64,000 nucleotides of DNA, taken from contig OY970399.1 in assembly GCA_963720545.1 (NCBI GenBank), forward strand, positions 1,312,001-1,376,000, read 5' to 3'. The stretch is from an uncultured Acidobacteriota bacterium. Its GTDB lineage: Bacteria > Acidobacteriota > Vicinamibacteria > Fen-336. This document shows, piece after piece, positions 42,707 to 51,760 of the stretch; position 1 is the first letter of the stretch, and each line of letters starts with the position of its first letter. The translations under genes and the position numbers were made by a program. The notes below the pieces were generated by a model. That model had not been told where the DNA came from. It did not search any database and worked only from the letters and a program-made list of their open reading frames with translations.

Positions 42707-45703
42707 TTAGAAGCTGAGGCGCGCGCCCAGGAAGAAGCGGCGCGGCTCGCGGAACACCAGGCCCGAGCCGAACGAGGTGCCGCCGGCGCCGGCCACGAGA
42801 TCCTGGTTGCGGATCGCGTTCTGGTTGTCGAGCACGTTGAAGATGTCCACGAACAGCTCGGCCTTCGCCTGGCCGACGTTGCGGACATACTCGACGCGGA
42901 AGTCGGCGGTGAACGCCGACGGGTTGGTGAGCGCGCCCACCGCGTTCGGCTGGACCCAGCGCTCGAGAATGCCGGCGTATTCGAAGGCATCAGCGGTCGC
43001 CACGCGGATCGGCAGGTTGCGGCCCGACGACGACGCGGTGCGGCTCGCGAGCGTGCCCGAGTTCCAGCGCAGCGTGGCGCCGAACTGCAGCCCCATCGGC
43101 AGTTGATAGGACCCCGACGCGTTCAGCAGGTGGTGGATGGTGCCGGGCTGAGGCCCGTAGACGTTGGGAGCGCGCGGGTCGAGCCAGATCACGTCGCCCT
43201 GGAAGTCGGCGTTCGAATCCGAGTTCGAGTTGCCCTTGAAGTCGTTCCACGAGTACCACAGGAGCGCCTGCCAGCGGTCGGCGAAGCGGCGGTTGAACAC
43301 CAGGTCGATGCCCTGGTAGTCGCGGGCGCTGCCGGCCAGCGTGCCGATGAAGAAGTTGGCGACGCCCGGCAGGCCGCTCGCGGGGAAGCCGAAGCTCTCG
43401 TAGGGCAGGAACAGCGAGTTGGGATCGTCGACCGGCCCCGGATAGAGAGCAGGCACGCTGTAGAGGCCCGGATCGTAGTCCTCGAGGATGTTGCGGGTCC
43501 AGCGCTTGGAGTACGCGGCGCTGAAGCGCATGTTGCGGCCGAGGTCGATCGCGTAGTCGAACTTCAGGTCGTCGGTGTAGGGCGTCTTGGTGGCCGGAGC
43601 GAAGATCGCGTCGAGGCTGGCGCCGCCGCGGGTGCGGTAGTTGACCCACTGGCCCAGGATGAAGACCTGCTGCTCCTGGGTGCGGCCGCTGTGCGAGCCG
43701 GCGAAGTTCGTCATGTTGTTGCGGATCGGATCGAAGTAGCGCCCGAAGTACGCAGAGATGCGCTGCTTGCCGTCGCCCTTCAGGTCGTACGCAGCGCTGA
43801 TGCGCGGCGCGATCGTCCAGTCGAACGCGTAGATCGACTCGCCGAGGGTGTCGAAGTGCTTCCACTGCTCGGCGCGCGCGCCGGCGTTCACCGTGAGGTT
43901 GCCGAAGGTGGCGGTGTCCTGCACGAAGAACGTCAGGCCCTTCGACTTGGTGACCTGCGGGCCGTCCGCGACCTGCGCGATGCGGTAGTAGTTCACCTTG
44001 CCGTCGGGGTTGCCGGCGGTGCTGTTGAATACCAGCGCCTGGCCCAGCTCGAGCGCGCTGATGGTGCCGTCATGGTTGAGGTCGAAGGCACCGTAGAACG
44101 CGGCGCGGTTCGGCAGGCCGTTGATGGTGGTGATCAGCCCGTTGAAGTCTGACGGGTTGGTGACGTCGAACTGCAGCGAGGTGATGTCGTTGGCGTCGGC
44201 AATCTGCTGCGCGGTGAAGCCGCTCAGCGAACCGGGGTTGAGCGAGGTGTAGTTCGCCTTGGTGTCGCCGATCGTCAGCGAGTTGCGGAAGTTCTCGTTG
44301 GTCGCGTACTCGGCGCCCACCTTGATGGTGTGCGCGGCCATGTTCCACTGCAGGTTGGCGTGGGCGATGCGGGTGTCGCGCTGGTCGACGAGGATGTTGC
44401 CCCAGCCGCCGAGATCCTGGTCGGCCTGGGTGCGCACGTCGCTGGTGCGGAACACCACGGTGTTGTGGCCTGCGTCGATCACCGATTCGTCGGTCACCTC
44501 GCCGTTGTGCTTGGCGTAACCCACTTCGAACGCGGCGCCGCCGAAGACGCGCGTGTAGAGGCCGTTGTAGCGGTTGCCGCCCTGGGTGCGGGCGCGGTCG
44601 TTGGAGTTGGGAATGGTCGCTTCACGCCGGCCGGAAACGTTCGTTGGGTCGTTCATGAAGGTGAACGAGAGCGTGTCGTTGTTGGACGGCGACCAGGTGC
44701 CCTTGCCGTACCACTGCTTGTCCTTGCGCTTGACGTCGCGCAGGAACACCTGCGTGTCCTGCGAGACGATCTGCTCGTCGCGGTTGACGCGGCGGTAGCT
44801 GCCGAACGCCCACAGCTTGTCCTTCACCACCGGGCCGCCGAGGGTGGCGGCGTAGTCGTAGGTGCTGAAGGTCGAGTTCGCGAGGTGCTCGTTGTCGCCC
44901 ACCAGGCCGTCGTTCTGGCGGAAGTAGTTGACCGAGCCGCGCCAGGTGTTGCTGCCCGACTTGGTGACCACGTTCGAGAGGATGCCGGGGGTGCCGACGA
45001 ACTCGGCGGGGATGCCGCCGGTGATCGCCTTCAGCTCCTGGATGACCTCGGTGTTCATGTTGGCGCCGAAGGTGCCGGTGACCGGGTCGGTGACGTTGAT
45101 GCCGTCGAGGTAGTAGGCGTTGTCCGACGACTGGCCGATGTCGCCGCGGATGTCGGAGTAGTTGATGCCGGACTTCGACGCCGGGTTGCCGGGCGCCGTC
45201 GGATCGGAAGGCGAAACGCCGGGCACGAGCTCGAGGTAGCCTTGGTAGGTGCGGCTCGTGGGCAGCGACTCGGTCAGCTCGAGCGTGATGTCCTGGCCGG
45301 CGATGGCGCTCTTGGTGTCGACGAGCGGCGAGTCGGCGGTGACGGTGACTTCTTCCGTGGCGGAGGCGACCCCGAGGCCGACGCGCATGGCCGTCGTCTG
45401 GCCGGAGCTGACCAGGATGCGCTCGTTCTTGGCGGTGTTGAAGCCGGCAAGCTGGGTGGTTACGACGTACTCCGGCGAGGGCGAGAGGTTCAGGAACGTC
45501 ACCTCGCCCTGGGAGTTCGTCACGCCGGACTTCTTCGAGGTCGTGTTCCCGGCTTCGATCGTCACGCTCGCGCCCGGAAGCCTGCTGCCGTCGGTCGCTT
45601 CCACGACCACGGTGACGGTTCCGGTCGTCGATACCTGGGCCGAGGTCAGGCTCGCAACGAGGCTGAGCACTGCGGCCAGGGCCAAACTGAGACGCCTGTT
45701 CAT
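42707..45703 (-). CDS. TonB-dependent receptor with N-terminal carboxypeptidase-regulatory-like domain (Oar-like)
   Basis: Signal peptide, LPGASVT, EEVTVTA, YYLDGINVTDP, LGGPVVKDKLW, C-terminal GARLSF. Confidence 0.92.
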   Translation of the reverse strand: MNRRLSLALAAVLSLVASLTSAQVSTTGTVTVVVEATDGSRLPGASVTIEAGNTTSKKSGVTNSQGEVTFLNLSPSPEYVVTTQLAGFNTAKNERILVSSGQTTAMRVGLGVASATEEVTVTADSPLVDTKSAIAGQDITLELTESLPTSRTYQGYLELVPGVSPSDPTAPGNPASKSGINYSDIRGDIGQSSDNAYYLDGINVTDPVTGTFGANMNTEVIQELKAITGGIPAEFVGTPGILSNVVTKSGSNTWRGSVNYFRQNDGLVGDNEHLANSTFSTYDYAATLGGPVVKDKLWAFGSYRRVNRDEQIVSQDTQVFLRDVKRKDKQWYGKGTWSPSNNDTLSFTFMNDPTNVSGRREATIPNSNDRARTQGGNRYNGLYTRVFGGAAFEVGYAKHNGEVTDESVIDAGHNTVVFRTSDVRTQADQDLGGWGNILVDQRDTRIAHANLQWNMAAHTIKVGAEYATNENFRNSLTIGDTKANYTSLNPGSLSGFTAQQIADANDITSLQFDVTNPSDFNGLITTINGLPNRAAFYGAFDLNHDGTISALELGQALVFNSTAGNPDGKVNYYRIAQVADGPQVTKSKGLTFFVQDTATFGNLTVNAGARAEQWKHFDTLGESIYAFDWTIAPRISAAYDLKGDGKQRISAYFGRYFDPIRNNMTNFAGSHSGRTQEQQVFILGQWVNYRTRGGASLDAIFAPATKTPYTDDLKFDYAIDLGRNMRFSAAYSKRWTRNILEDYDPGLYSVPALYPGPVDDPNSLFLPYESFGFPASGLPGVANFFIGTLAGSARDYQGIDLVFNRRFADRWQALLWYSWNDFKGNSNSDSNADFQGDVIWLDPRAPNVYGPQPGTIHHLLNASGSYQLPMGLQFGATLRWNSGTLASRTASSSGRNLPIRVATADAFEYAGILERWVQPNAVGALTNPSAFTADFRVEYVRNVGQAKAELFVDIFNVLDNQNAIRNQDLVAGAGGTSFGSGLVFREPRRFFLGARLSF

Positions 45704-45741
45704 TCTTCCTCCCAAATGAGGTGGTTTAGGGAGAAGGAAGT

Positions 45742-45757
45742 AGCAAACCGGATGCCT
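45742..45757 (-). promoter_or_regulatory. Putative sigma54 promoter of the TonB receptor
   Basis: AGGCATCCGGTTTGCT = GG-N10-GC with TTGC. Confidence 0.65.
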
Positions 45758-45890
45758 ATATTTTGATTATGTTCATTTCGTTGCAACCAATTCAGATGCA
45801 ACTACTTAATGGTTCGTCCCGGCCTCCGCGTTTACATTATTATTCAAATCGTTGAACCACAGCGCGTTCAATTATTTGTCTTATGGGCGC

Positions 45891-47675
45891 TCAAGAAGCC
45901 GTTGCGAGGCGAGGCGGAGGCGGCGCCAAAGGCTCCCGGCGCTCCCCCACCTGCTGGCGCCACATGGCGTAATAAAGACCCTTGTGGTCCAGCAGCTCGT
46001 CATGAGTCCCGGCTTCGACGATGGCGCCCTTCTCGAGCACGTGGATGCGGTCGGCGTGCATGACGGTCGAGAGGCGGTGGGCGATGAGGATCGTCATTAT
46101 GTCGCCAGCGGTGGCGACGTCGCGGATGGTGCGCGCGATCTCGTCCTCGGTGATCGAGTCGAGCGACGAGGTCGCCTCGTCGAACACCAGCAGGCGCGGC
46201 CGGCGCAGCAGCGCGCGCGCGATCGACAGCCGCTGCTTCTCGCCGCCCGACACCTTGACGCCGCCCTCGCCGATGAGCGTGTCGAGCCCCTTGTCGGCGC
46301 GCTGCAGCAGGCTGTCGCAGGCCGCCTTGTGCAGCACCTCGAGGCATTCCGCATCGCTCGCTTCGGGACGCACGAACAGCAGGTTCTCGCGGATGGTGCC
46401 GGCGAACAGCTGCGTGTCCTGGGTGACGAAGCCGATCTGCTCGCGCAGGTCGTCGCGGTCGATGACGTCGTGGGCGTGGCCGTCGTAGAGGATGCGCCCC
46501 GACTGCGGGCGATACAGCCCCACCAGCAGCTTGACGAGCGTCGTCTTGCCCGAGCCCGACGGGCCGACGAACGCCACGGTGTCGCCGCGTTCCACCTTGA
46601 AGGAGATGTCGCGCAATGCCGGCGCCGATGCCGTCTGGTGGGTGAAGCCGACCTTCTCGAAGGCGAGCGTGCGCAGCGGGCCGAGCGCCACCGGACGCTC
46701 GGGCCGGGGCTCGAGCGGCGTCTTGAGGATGTCGGCGAAAACCCCGAGTGACACTTCGGCTTCGCGGTACACGTTGATGATGTTGCCGAGTTCCTGCAGC
46801 GGCCCGAAGATGAAGAACGAGTAGATCCACAGCGAGAAGAACTGGCCGACCGTGATCTCGCGCGCGAAGATCAGGTAAAGCATCAGGAACAGGAGCGTGG
46901 TGCGCAGCGCGTTCACGGCGGTGCCCTGGATGAAGCTGAGGCTGCGCAGGTACTTCACCTTGCGCAGCTCGAGGCCGAGGATCCTGACGGTGGTGCGGTT
47001 GAGGCGCTCGACTTCCTGGTCGGCAAGGCCGAGGCTCTTCACGAGCTCGATGTTGCGCAGCGACTCGGTGGTGGAGCCGGCGAGCGCCGTGGTTTCCGCC
47101 ACGATCACCTTCTGCACGGTCTTGATCTTGCGCGACAGCACCGAGCTGATGACGCCGAGGATCGGCACCGTCAGCAGGAACGCCGGTGCGATCACCCAGT
47201 GCACGGTGAACGCGTAGATGATGACGAAGGTGACGCCGACCAGCGTCGTGAACAGCACGTTGACGGCGGCGGTGATGAGCTTCTCGACGTCGGCGCGCAC
47301 CTTCTGCAACCGGCCGAGCGTCTCGCCGCTGCGCTGGTCCTCGAAGACTGCATACGGCATGCCGAGCGAGTGGCGGATGCCGTCCGAATAGATCTGCGCG
47401 CCCAGCCGCTGCACGATGACGTTGATGTAATAGTCCTGGAAGTTCTTCGCCACGCGCGAGACGAACGCGACGCCCACGGAGGCCAGCAGCAGCATGCCGA
47501 CGCCGCGGAAGAACTGCGCCGTCGTGTACTGGTCGAAGCGCGTGGCGTAGCGGTCGATGACGTGGCGGAAGATCAGCGGGTCGAGGAGTGAAAACACCTG
47601 GTTGATGGCGGCGAGCGCCAGCGCCAGCAGCACCAGGCCGGAGTAGCGCCGCAGGTAAGCGAGCAGCAGCTTCAA
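45891..47675 (-). CDS. ABC exporter, fused permease/ATPase (MsbA/Atm1-like)
   Basis: N-terminal TMD; GPSGSGKT, SGGEKQR, FDEATS, AHRLS. Confidence 0.93.
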   Translation of the reverse strand: MKLLLAYLRRYSGLVLLALALAAINQVFSLLDPLIFRHVIDRYATRFDQYTTAQFFRGVGMLLLASVGVAFVSRVAKNFQDYYINVIVQRLGAQIYSDGIRHSLGMPYAVFEDQRSGETLGRLQKVRADVEKLITAAVNVLFTTLVGVTFVIIYAFTVHWVIAPAFLLTVPILGVISSVLSRKIKTVQKVIVAETTALAGSTTESLRNIELVKSLGLADQEVERLNRTTVRILGLELRKVKYLRSLSFIQGTAVNALRTTLLFLMLYLIFAREITVGQFFSLWIYSFFIFGPLQELGNIINVYREAEVSLGVFADILKTPLEPRPERPVALGPLRTLAFEKVGFTHQTASAPALRDISFKVERGDTVAFVGPSGSGKTTLVKLLVGLYRPQSGRILYDGHAHDVIDRDDLREQIGFVTQDTQLFAGTIRENLLFVRPEASDAECLEVLHKAACDSLLQRADKGLDTLIGEGGVKVSGGEKQRLSIARALLRRPRLLVFDEATSSLDSITEDEIARTIRDVATAGDIMTILIAHRLSTVMHADRIHVLEKGAIVEAGTHDELLDHKGLYYAMWRQQVGERREPLAPPPPRLATAS

Positions 47676-47685
47676 GCTTGTTCAG

Positions 47686-47964
47686 TCACTCCGTTACTTC
47701 TTTGGGCAGGGTCACGCCCCCGCCCTCGCTGTCGTCGAAGAAGAACGCTTCCATCTGCTTCATCAGGAAGCGCCGGTGCTCCGGGTTCGCCATGGTCAGC
47801 CCGTGATGGTTCATGAGGATCGTTGCCTGCTGCGGCCACAGGGCATACGCCTGCTGCGAGACGTGCTCGAAGATGCGCTCGCCGAGGGCGCCGGCAAAGG
47901 GCGGCGCCGCGAGACCCGGCAGTTCGGCGTGCAGCTTGACGCAGTTGACGAGTCGCTCGGCCAT
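47686..47964 (-). CDS. yggX: Fe(II)-trafficking / oxidative damage protection protein
   Basis: CVKL..E..GL...P..G.LGERIFEHVS..A...W..Q...LMN...R.FL..QM..FFF. Confidence 0.88.
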   Translation of the reverse strand: MAERLVNCVKLHAELPGLAAPPFAGALGERIFEHVSQQAYALWPQQATILMNHHGLTMANPEHRRFLMKQMEAFFFDDSEGGGVTLPKEVTE

Positions 47965-47987
47965 GGGTTCGTCCATGGTACCGCGAT

Positions 47988-49298
47988 CTACTTGTGACTG
48001 ACGTAGCCGAGCGCCCGCAGCCGCTCCGCGATCGCTTCATCGGCTTTCATGTGCCGCGGCGCATTCATGCGCGCCGCCACTTCCACGTCCGGTGCGATCA
48101 GGTCTTCCATCGCCGCCGCCAGCTGCTTCGCCGCAGCCCGGTCGGGCAGCGGCTGCTGCTGGCGCGGGTCGAGCGCCGAATCGTAGAGCGACTTCCACAG
48201 CCGCTTGCGGTGCACCACCACCAGACGCGACCCCTGCCGGAAGCCGCCTTCCGTCTTCGATTCGGTATAGAGCACGGGCTCGGACTTGCCCCAGGCGGCA
48301 AGCGGCCGCCCGCGCGCCTCCTTCGGCACCGCGGCTCCCGCCCAGTCGAGCACCAGGCGGTTGGCATCCACGTGGCTCACCGGTTCGTCGTGGATGCCCG
48401 GTGCGACGCCGGGCCCCTTCACGACGAAGGCGACCCTCGCAAGCTCGTCGAAGACTGTGGTGCCATGGCCCAGTTTGCCGTGCTCGCGGAACTCCTCGCC
48501 GTGATCGGACACGAGCACCACGCTGCGCCTGCGAGCGCCGCCCGATTCCCACGCCGGGATCACCTCCGCGAGGATCTGGTCCATCGAGCGAATCGCGCCG
48601 TCGTACTGCGAGATGCTCCAGGTGAGGTCGCGCTGCGTCACGCCCACGGCCCAGTTGGCGTAGACCAGCTGGCCGCGCGGCACGGGGAACGCGGTGTTCC
48701 ACGGCGCCGGCGGCAAGTAGGGGCTGTGCACGTCCATGAGGTGCAGGTAGACGAACAGCGGGCGGCGCTCGGCCGGCTGCCGTGCCGCAAGCTTCGCGAA
48801 CAGGGCGTCGCGCAGAGTGCGGCCGTCATCGCTCTGCGTCAGAAGGTAGTGCTCGAAGCCCTGGGTGAATCCGTAGACCTCGGAGATGTGCGGGTTGGCG
48901 CTGAAGCCCCAGGTCTCGTAGCCGGCGGCGTGCAGCGACTCGCCCCAGGTGGTGAAGCCTTCGGCGAGCGCGTCGGTCGCGCCCTGGTCGGGGGTGAGGT
49001 TCACCTCGCGCACGCGGTGCGCGGTCGGCAGCACGCCGGTGAACAGCGACGCCATCGAGATGCGCGTGTGCGTGCCCTGGGTATAGGCGTTTCGGTACAA
49101 GCCAGCGCCGCGCGACCAGCGATCGATGAAGGGGCTCGTGTCGCGCGCGTAGCCCCAGCGCCCCAGGTGGTCGGGGCGCAGCGAGTCCACCACCACCACG
49201 AGAATATCGGGAGCGTCCTTGCCAGCGCGCTGTCCCTTGCCGGTGCAGGCGGCGAGTGCGGCCGCCGCGAGCACCAAGCTGGCCGCGGCCGCCTTCAC
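47988..49298 (-). CDS. Sulfatase-like hydrolase (alkaline phosphatase superfamily), lipoprotein
   Basis: LAAC lipobox; VDSLRPD, TRISMASLFTG, HLMDVHSPY, SDHGEEF, LRALGY. Confidence 0.88.
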   Translation of the reverse strand: MKAAAASLVLAAAALAACTGKGQRAGKDAPDILVVVVDSLRPDHLGRWGYARDTSPFIDRWSRGAGLYRNAYTQGTHTRISMASLFTGVLPTAHRVREVNLTPDQGATDALAEGFTTWGESLHAAGYETWGFSANPHISEVYGFTQGFEHYLLTQSDDGRTLRDALFAKLAARQPAERRPLFVYLHLMDVHSPYLPPAPWNTAFPVPRGQLVYANWAVGVTQRDLTWSISQYDGAIRSMDQILAEVIPAWESGGARRRSVVLVSDHGEEFREHGKLGHGTTVFDELARVAFVVKGPGVAPGIHDEPVSHVDANRLVLDWAGAAVPKEARGRPLAAWGKSEPVLYTESKTEGGFRQGSRLVVVHRKRLWKSLYDSALDPRQQQPLPDRAAAKQLAAAMEDLIAPDVEVAARMNAPRHMKADEAIAERLRALGYVSHK

Positions 49299-49783
49299 GC
49301 GAGCGGCTCGAAGAAGCCCGCGTCGCGGTTCTTGCGCACGTTGTCCCAGGGAAAGCAGCGGCCGTTCATCGCGACGTAGACGCCGTGCGGCAGCACCTGT
49401 GCGAACGACAGCGCGCTGCCGAGGTTGAAGAGCCCGTCGGAGCTGCCGAAGGCGAACGGGATCATCGCGCCGGTGAGCACCACGGTCTTGCCCTGCAGCG
49501 CCTCGCCCAGCACGCGGGCGGTCTCGGCAATCGTGTCGGTGCCGTGGGTGATGACGATCTGCTCCTCGGGCGACTGCCGGCACTGGTCGAGGATCATCTG
49601 ACGGTCGGCGGCGGTCATCTCGAGGCTGTCCACCATCATCACCGTGCGCACCTGGATGTCGAGGCGGCAGCGCCCGAGGCGCAGCATCTCGGCGATGTGG
49701 CTGTCGCGGAAGAACAGCTGGCCGGTGCGTTCGTCGTACACCTTGTCGAAGGTGCCGCCGGTGACGAGCAGGCGAATCGCCAT
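49295..49783 (-). CDS. Short asparaginase-domain protein
   Basis: TGGT and HGTDT motifs; N-terminal domain only. Confidence 0.9.
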   Translation of the reverse strand: MAIRLLVTGGTFDKVYDERTGQLFFRDSHIAEMLRLGRCRLDIQVRTVMMVDSLEMTAADRQMILDQCRQSPEEQIVITHGTDTIAETARVLGEALQGKTVVLTGAMIPFAFGSSDGLFNLGSALSFAQVLPHGVYVAMNGRCFPWDNVRKNRDAGFFEPLA

Positions 49784-49812
49784 GGTTTTCGAAACGGTAG
49801 CATGGCGTAGCG

Positions 49813-50880
49813 ATGCCGCCGAACGAGCCGCGCGCCGAAATCGTCAAGCGCCTGGCGCTTCGGGCGGGCTTCGACCTCGTGGGCATCGCCTCGGCCGCGC
49901 CGCCTCGGCACCTCGACGCGTTCCTGCCGTGGCTCGAGCAGGGCCGCGGCGCCGACCTCCACTACCTGCACGACCAGCGCGCGCAGCGCGCCGACCTGCG
50001 CACGGCTTTTCCGTGGGCGCGCAGCATCGTGTGCGTCGGCCTGCAATACGACACGCCGCATCCCTACTCCACCTTCACCGCACCGCCGGAGGGCACCGGC
50101 TGGATCGCGCGCTACGCCTGGGGCGACGACTACCACGACGTGGTGAAGGCGCTGCTCGAGGCGTTTCGCAGAAGCTGTCACGAGGAACTCGGCGGGTTCG
50201 AGTCGCGCGTCTATGTGGACACCGGCCCGATCGTCGAGCGCGCCTACGCCGCGGCCGCGGGGCTCGGCGCGTGGGGCCGCAACACGTGTCTCCTTCACCC
50301 CGAGCACGGCTCGTGGTTTTTCCTCGGCGAGATGGTCACCGACCTCGATCTCGTAGCCGACGCCCCGCGCGCCGACATGTGCGGCAGCTGCACCGCGTGC
50401 CTCGACGCCTGCCCCACCGGCGCGCTGCCCGAGCCGTACGTCCTCGACACCTCGCGCTGCATCAGCTACCTGACGATCGAGCGCCGTGGCGAGATTCCCG
50501 AGGCGTTGCGCGCGGACATGGGCGCGCAGGTGTTCGGCTGCGATATCTGCCAGGACGTGTGCCCCTGGAACCGCCGCCGCCGCAAGCGCGGCGGCGACGC
50601 GTTCGAACCGCGCCCGGGAGCGGTCGCGCCCGACCTCGCCGCACTCGCGGCGCTCGACGAGGCTGGCTTTCGCGAACGCTTCCGCCGCAGCCCGGTCAAG
50701 CGCGCCAGGCGCCGCGGCCTGCTGCGCAACGTGGCAATCGCCCTCGGCAACTCCGGGAACGCCGCACACCGGCCGGTTCTTGAAAGGCTCTGCAAGGACG
50801 AGGACGCGGTCGTCAGCGAGCACGCGAAATGGGCCCTGTCACGCCTCGCCGGCGCGCTCGCGGAGCGTCGACGCGATTGA
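49813..50880 (+). CDS. queG: Epoxyqueuosine reductase
   Basis: ARYAWGDDYH, VDTGP, CGSCTACLDACPTGA, CISYLTIE, FGCDICQDVCPWN. Confidence 0.96.
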   Translation: MPPNEPRAEIVKRLALRAGFDLVGIASAAPPRHLDAFLPWLEQGRGADLHYLHDQRAQRADLRTAFPWARSIVCVGLQYDTPHPYSTFTAPPEGTGWIARYAWGDDYHDVVKALLEAFRRSCHEELGGFESRVYVDTGPIVERAYAAAAGLGAWGRNTCLLHPEHGSWFFLGEMVTDLDLVADAPRADMCGSCTACLDACPTGALPEPYVLDTSRCISYLTIERRGEIPEALRADMGAQVFGCDICQDVCPWNRRRRKRGGDAFEPRPGAVAPDLAALAALDEAGFRERFRRSPVKRARRRGLLRNVAIALGNSGNAAHRPVLERLCKDEDAVVSEHAKWALSRLAGALAERRRD

Positions 50881-50955
50881 AGTCCAGACCTTGGGCCGCG
50901 CCGTGCTGCGCCGGCTGTTGCAATACGTGCGCGCGTGTCAGTATCGTTTCCCCGA

Positions 50956-51759
50956 ATGGGCAATGACTCCTTGACGGCGGCACGCCGCGGGTTCGGTCGC
51001 ACCGAGCGTCGCGATACATGGTGGGTGGCGCCGCTCGCGGTCTTCCTGGTGCTTGCGGCGTTCATCGTGTACGCAACGTGGGCGGCGTTCCAGGGTGCGC
51101 ACTACGCGTACGGCCCCTACCTCTCGCCCTTCTACTCGCCCGAGCTCTTCGGCGACTCGCCTCACGCCTGGTTCGGGCCGAAGCCTTCAGCGTGGCCCAC
51201 GTGGTTGCCGTTCTCGCCGGCCCTTCTGATACTTCCGTTTCCCGGCCTCTTTCGCGTCACCTGCTACTACTATCGCGGCGCGTACTACAAGGCCTTCTGG
51301 GCCGACCCGCCGTCCTGCGCTGTGGGCGAGCCACGCAACAGCTACTGGGGCGAGCGGTCGTTTCCGTTGATCCTCCAGAACGTCCATCGCTATTTTCTTT
51401 ACATAGCGCTGATCTTCATCCTGATCCTCCTGCACGACGTATGGAAGGCGCTGTGGTTCACGGATCCGTCGACGGGCGCGACCCGTTTCGGCGTCGGCGT
51501 CGGCACAATCGTCCTGGCAACCAACGCGGCGCTGCTGGGCGGGTACACATTCGGCTGTCATTCATTGCGCCATCTGCTGGGCGGGCGGCTCAACGAAATT
51601 TCAACGCGCCCGGCGCGCGCGGTTTCGTACCGCTGCGTGAGCTGCCTCAACCGCGGCCACATGGTCTGGGCGTGGTGCAGCCTGTTCTCCGTCGCCTTCG
51701 CGGACATCTATGTCCGGCTGTGCTCCATGGGCGTGTGGACAGACTGGAAGATTCTCTAA
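50956..51759 (+). CDS. Succinate dehydrogenase membrane anchor, mycobacterial Sdh1 (Rv0249c-like) type
   Basis: YLSPFYSP, FR.TCYYYR.AY, PP.CAV.EP, QN.HRYF, GCHSLRH, N..H...AW. Confidence 0.85.
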   Translation: MGNDSLTAARRGFGRTERRDTWWVAPLAVFLVLAAFIVYATWAAFQGAHYAYGPYLSPFYSPELFGDSPHAWFGPKPSAWPTWLPFSPALLILPFPGLFRVTCYYYRGAYYKAFWADPPSCAVGEPRNSYWGERSFPLILQNVHRYFLYIALIFILILLHDVWKALWFTDPSTGATRFGVGVGTIVLATNAALLGGYTFGCHSLRHLLGGRLNEISTRPARAVSYRCVSCLNRGHMVWAWCSLFSVAFADIYVRLCSMGVWTDWKIL

Positions 51760-51760
51760 C

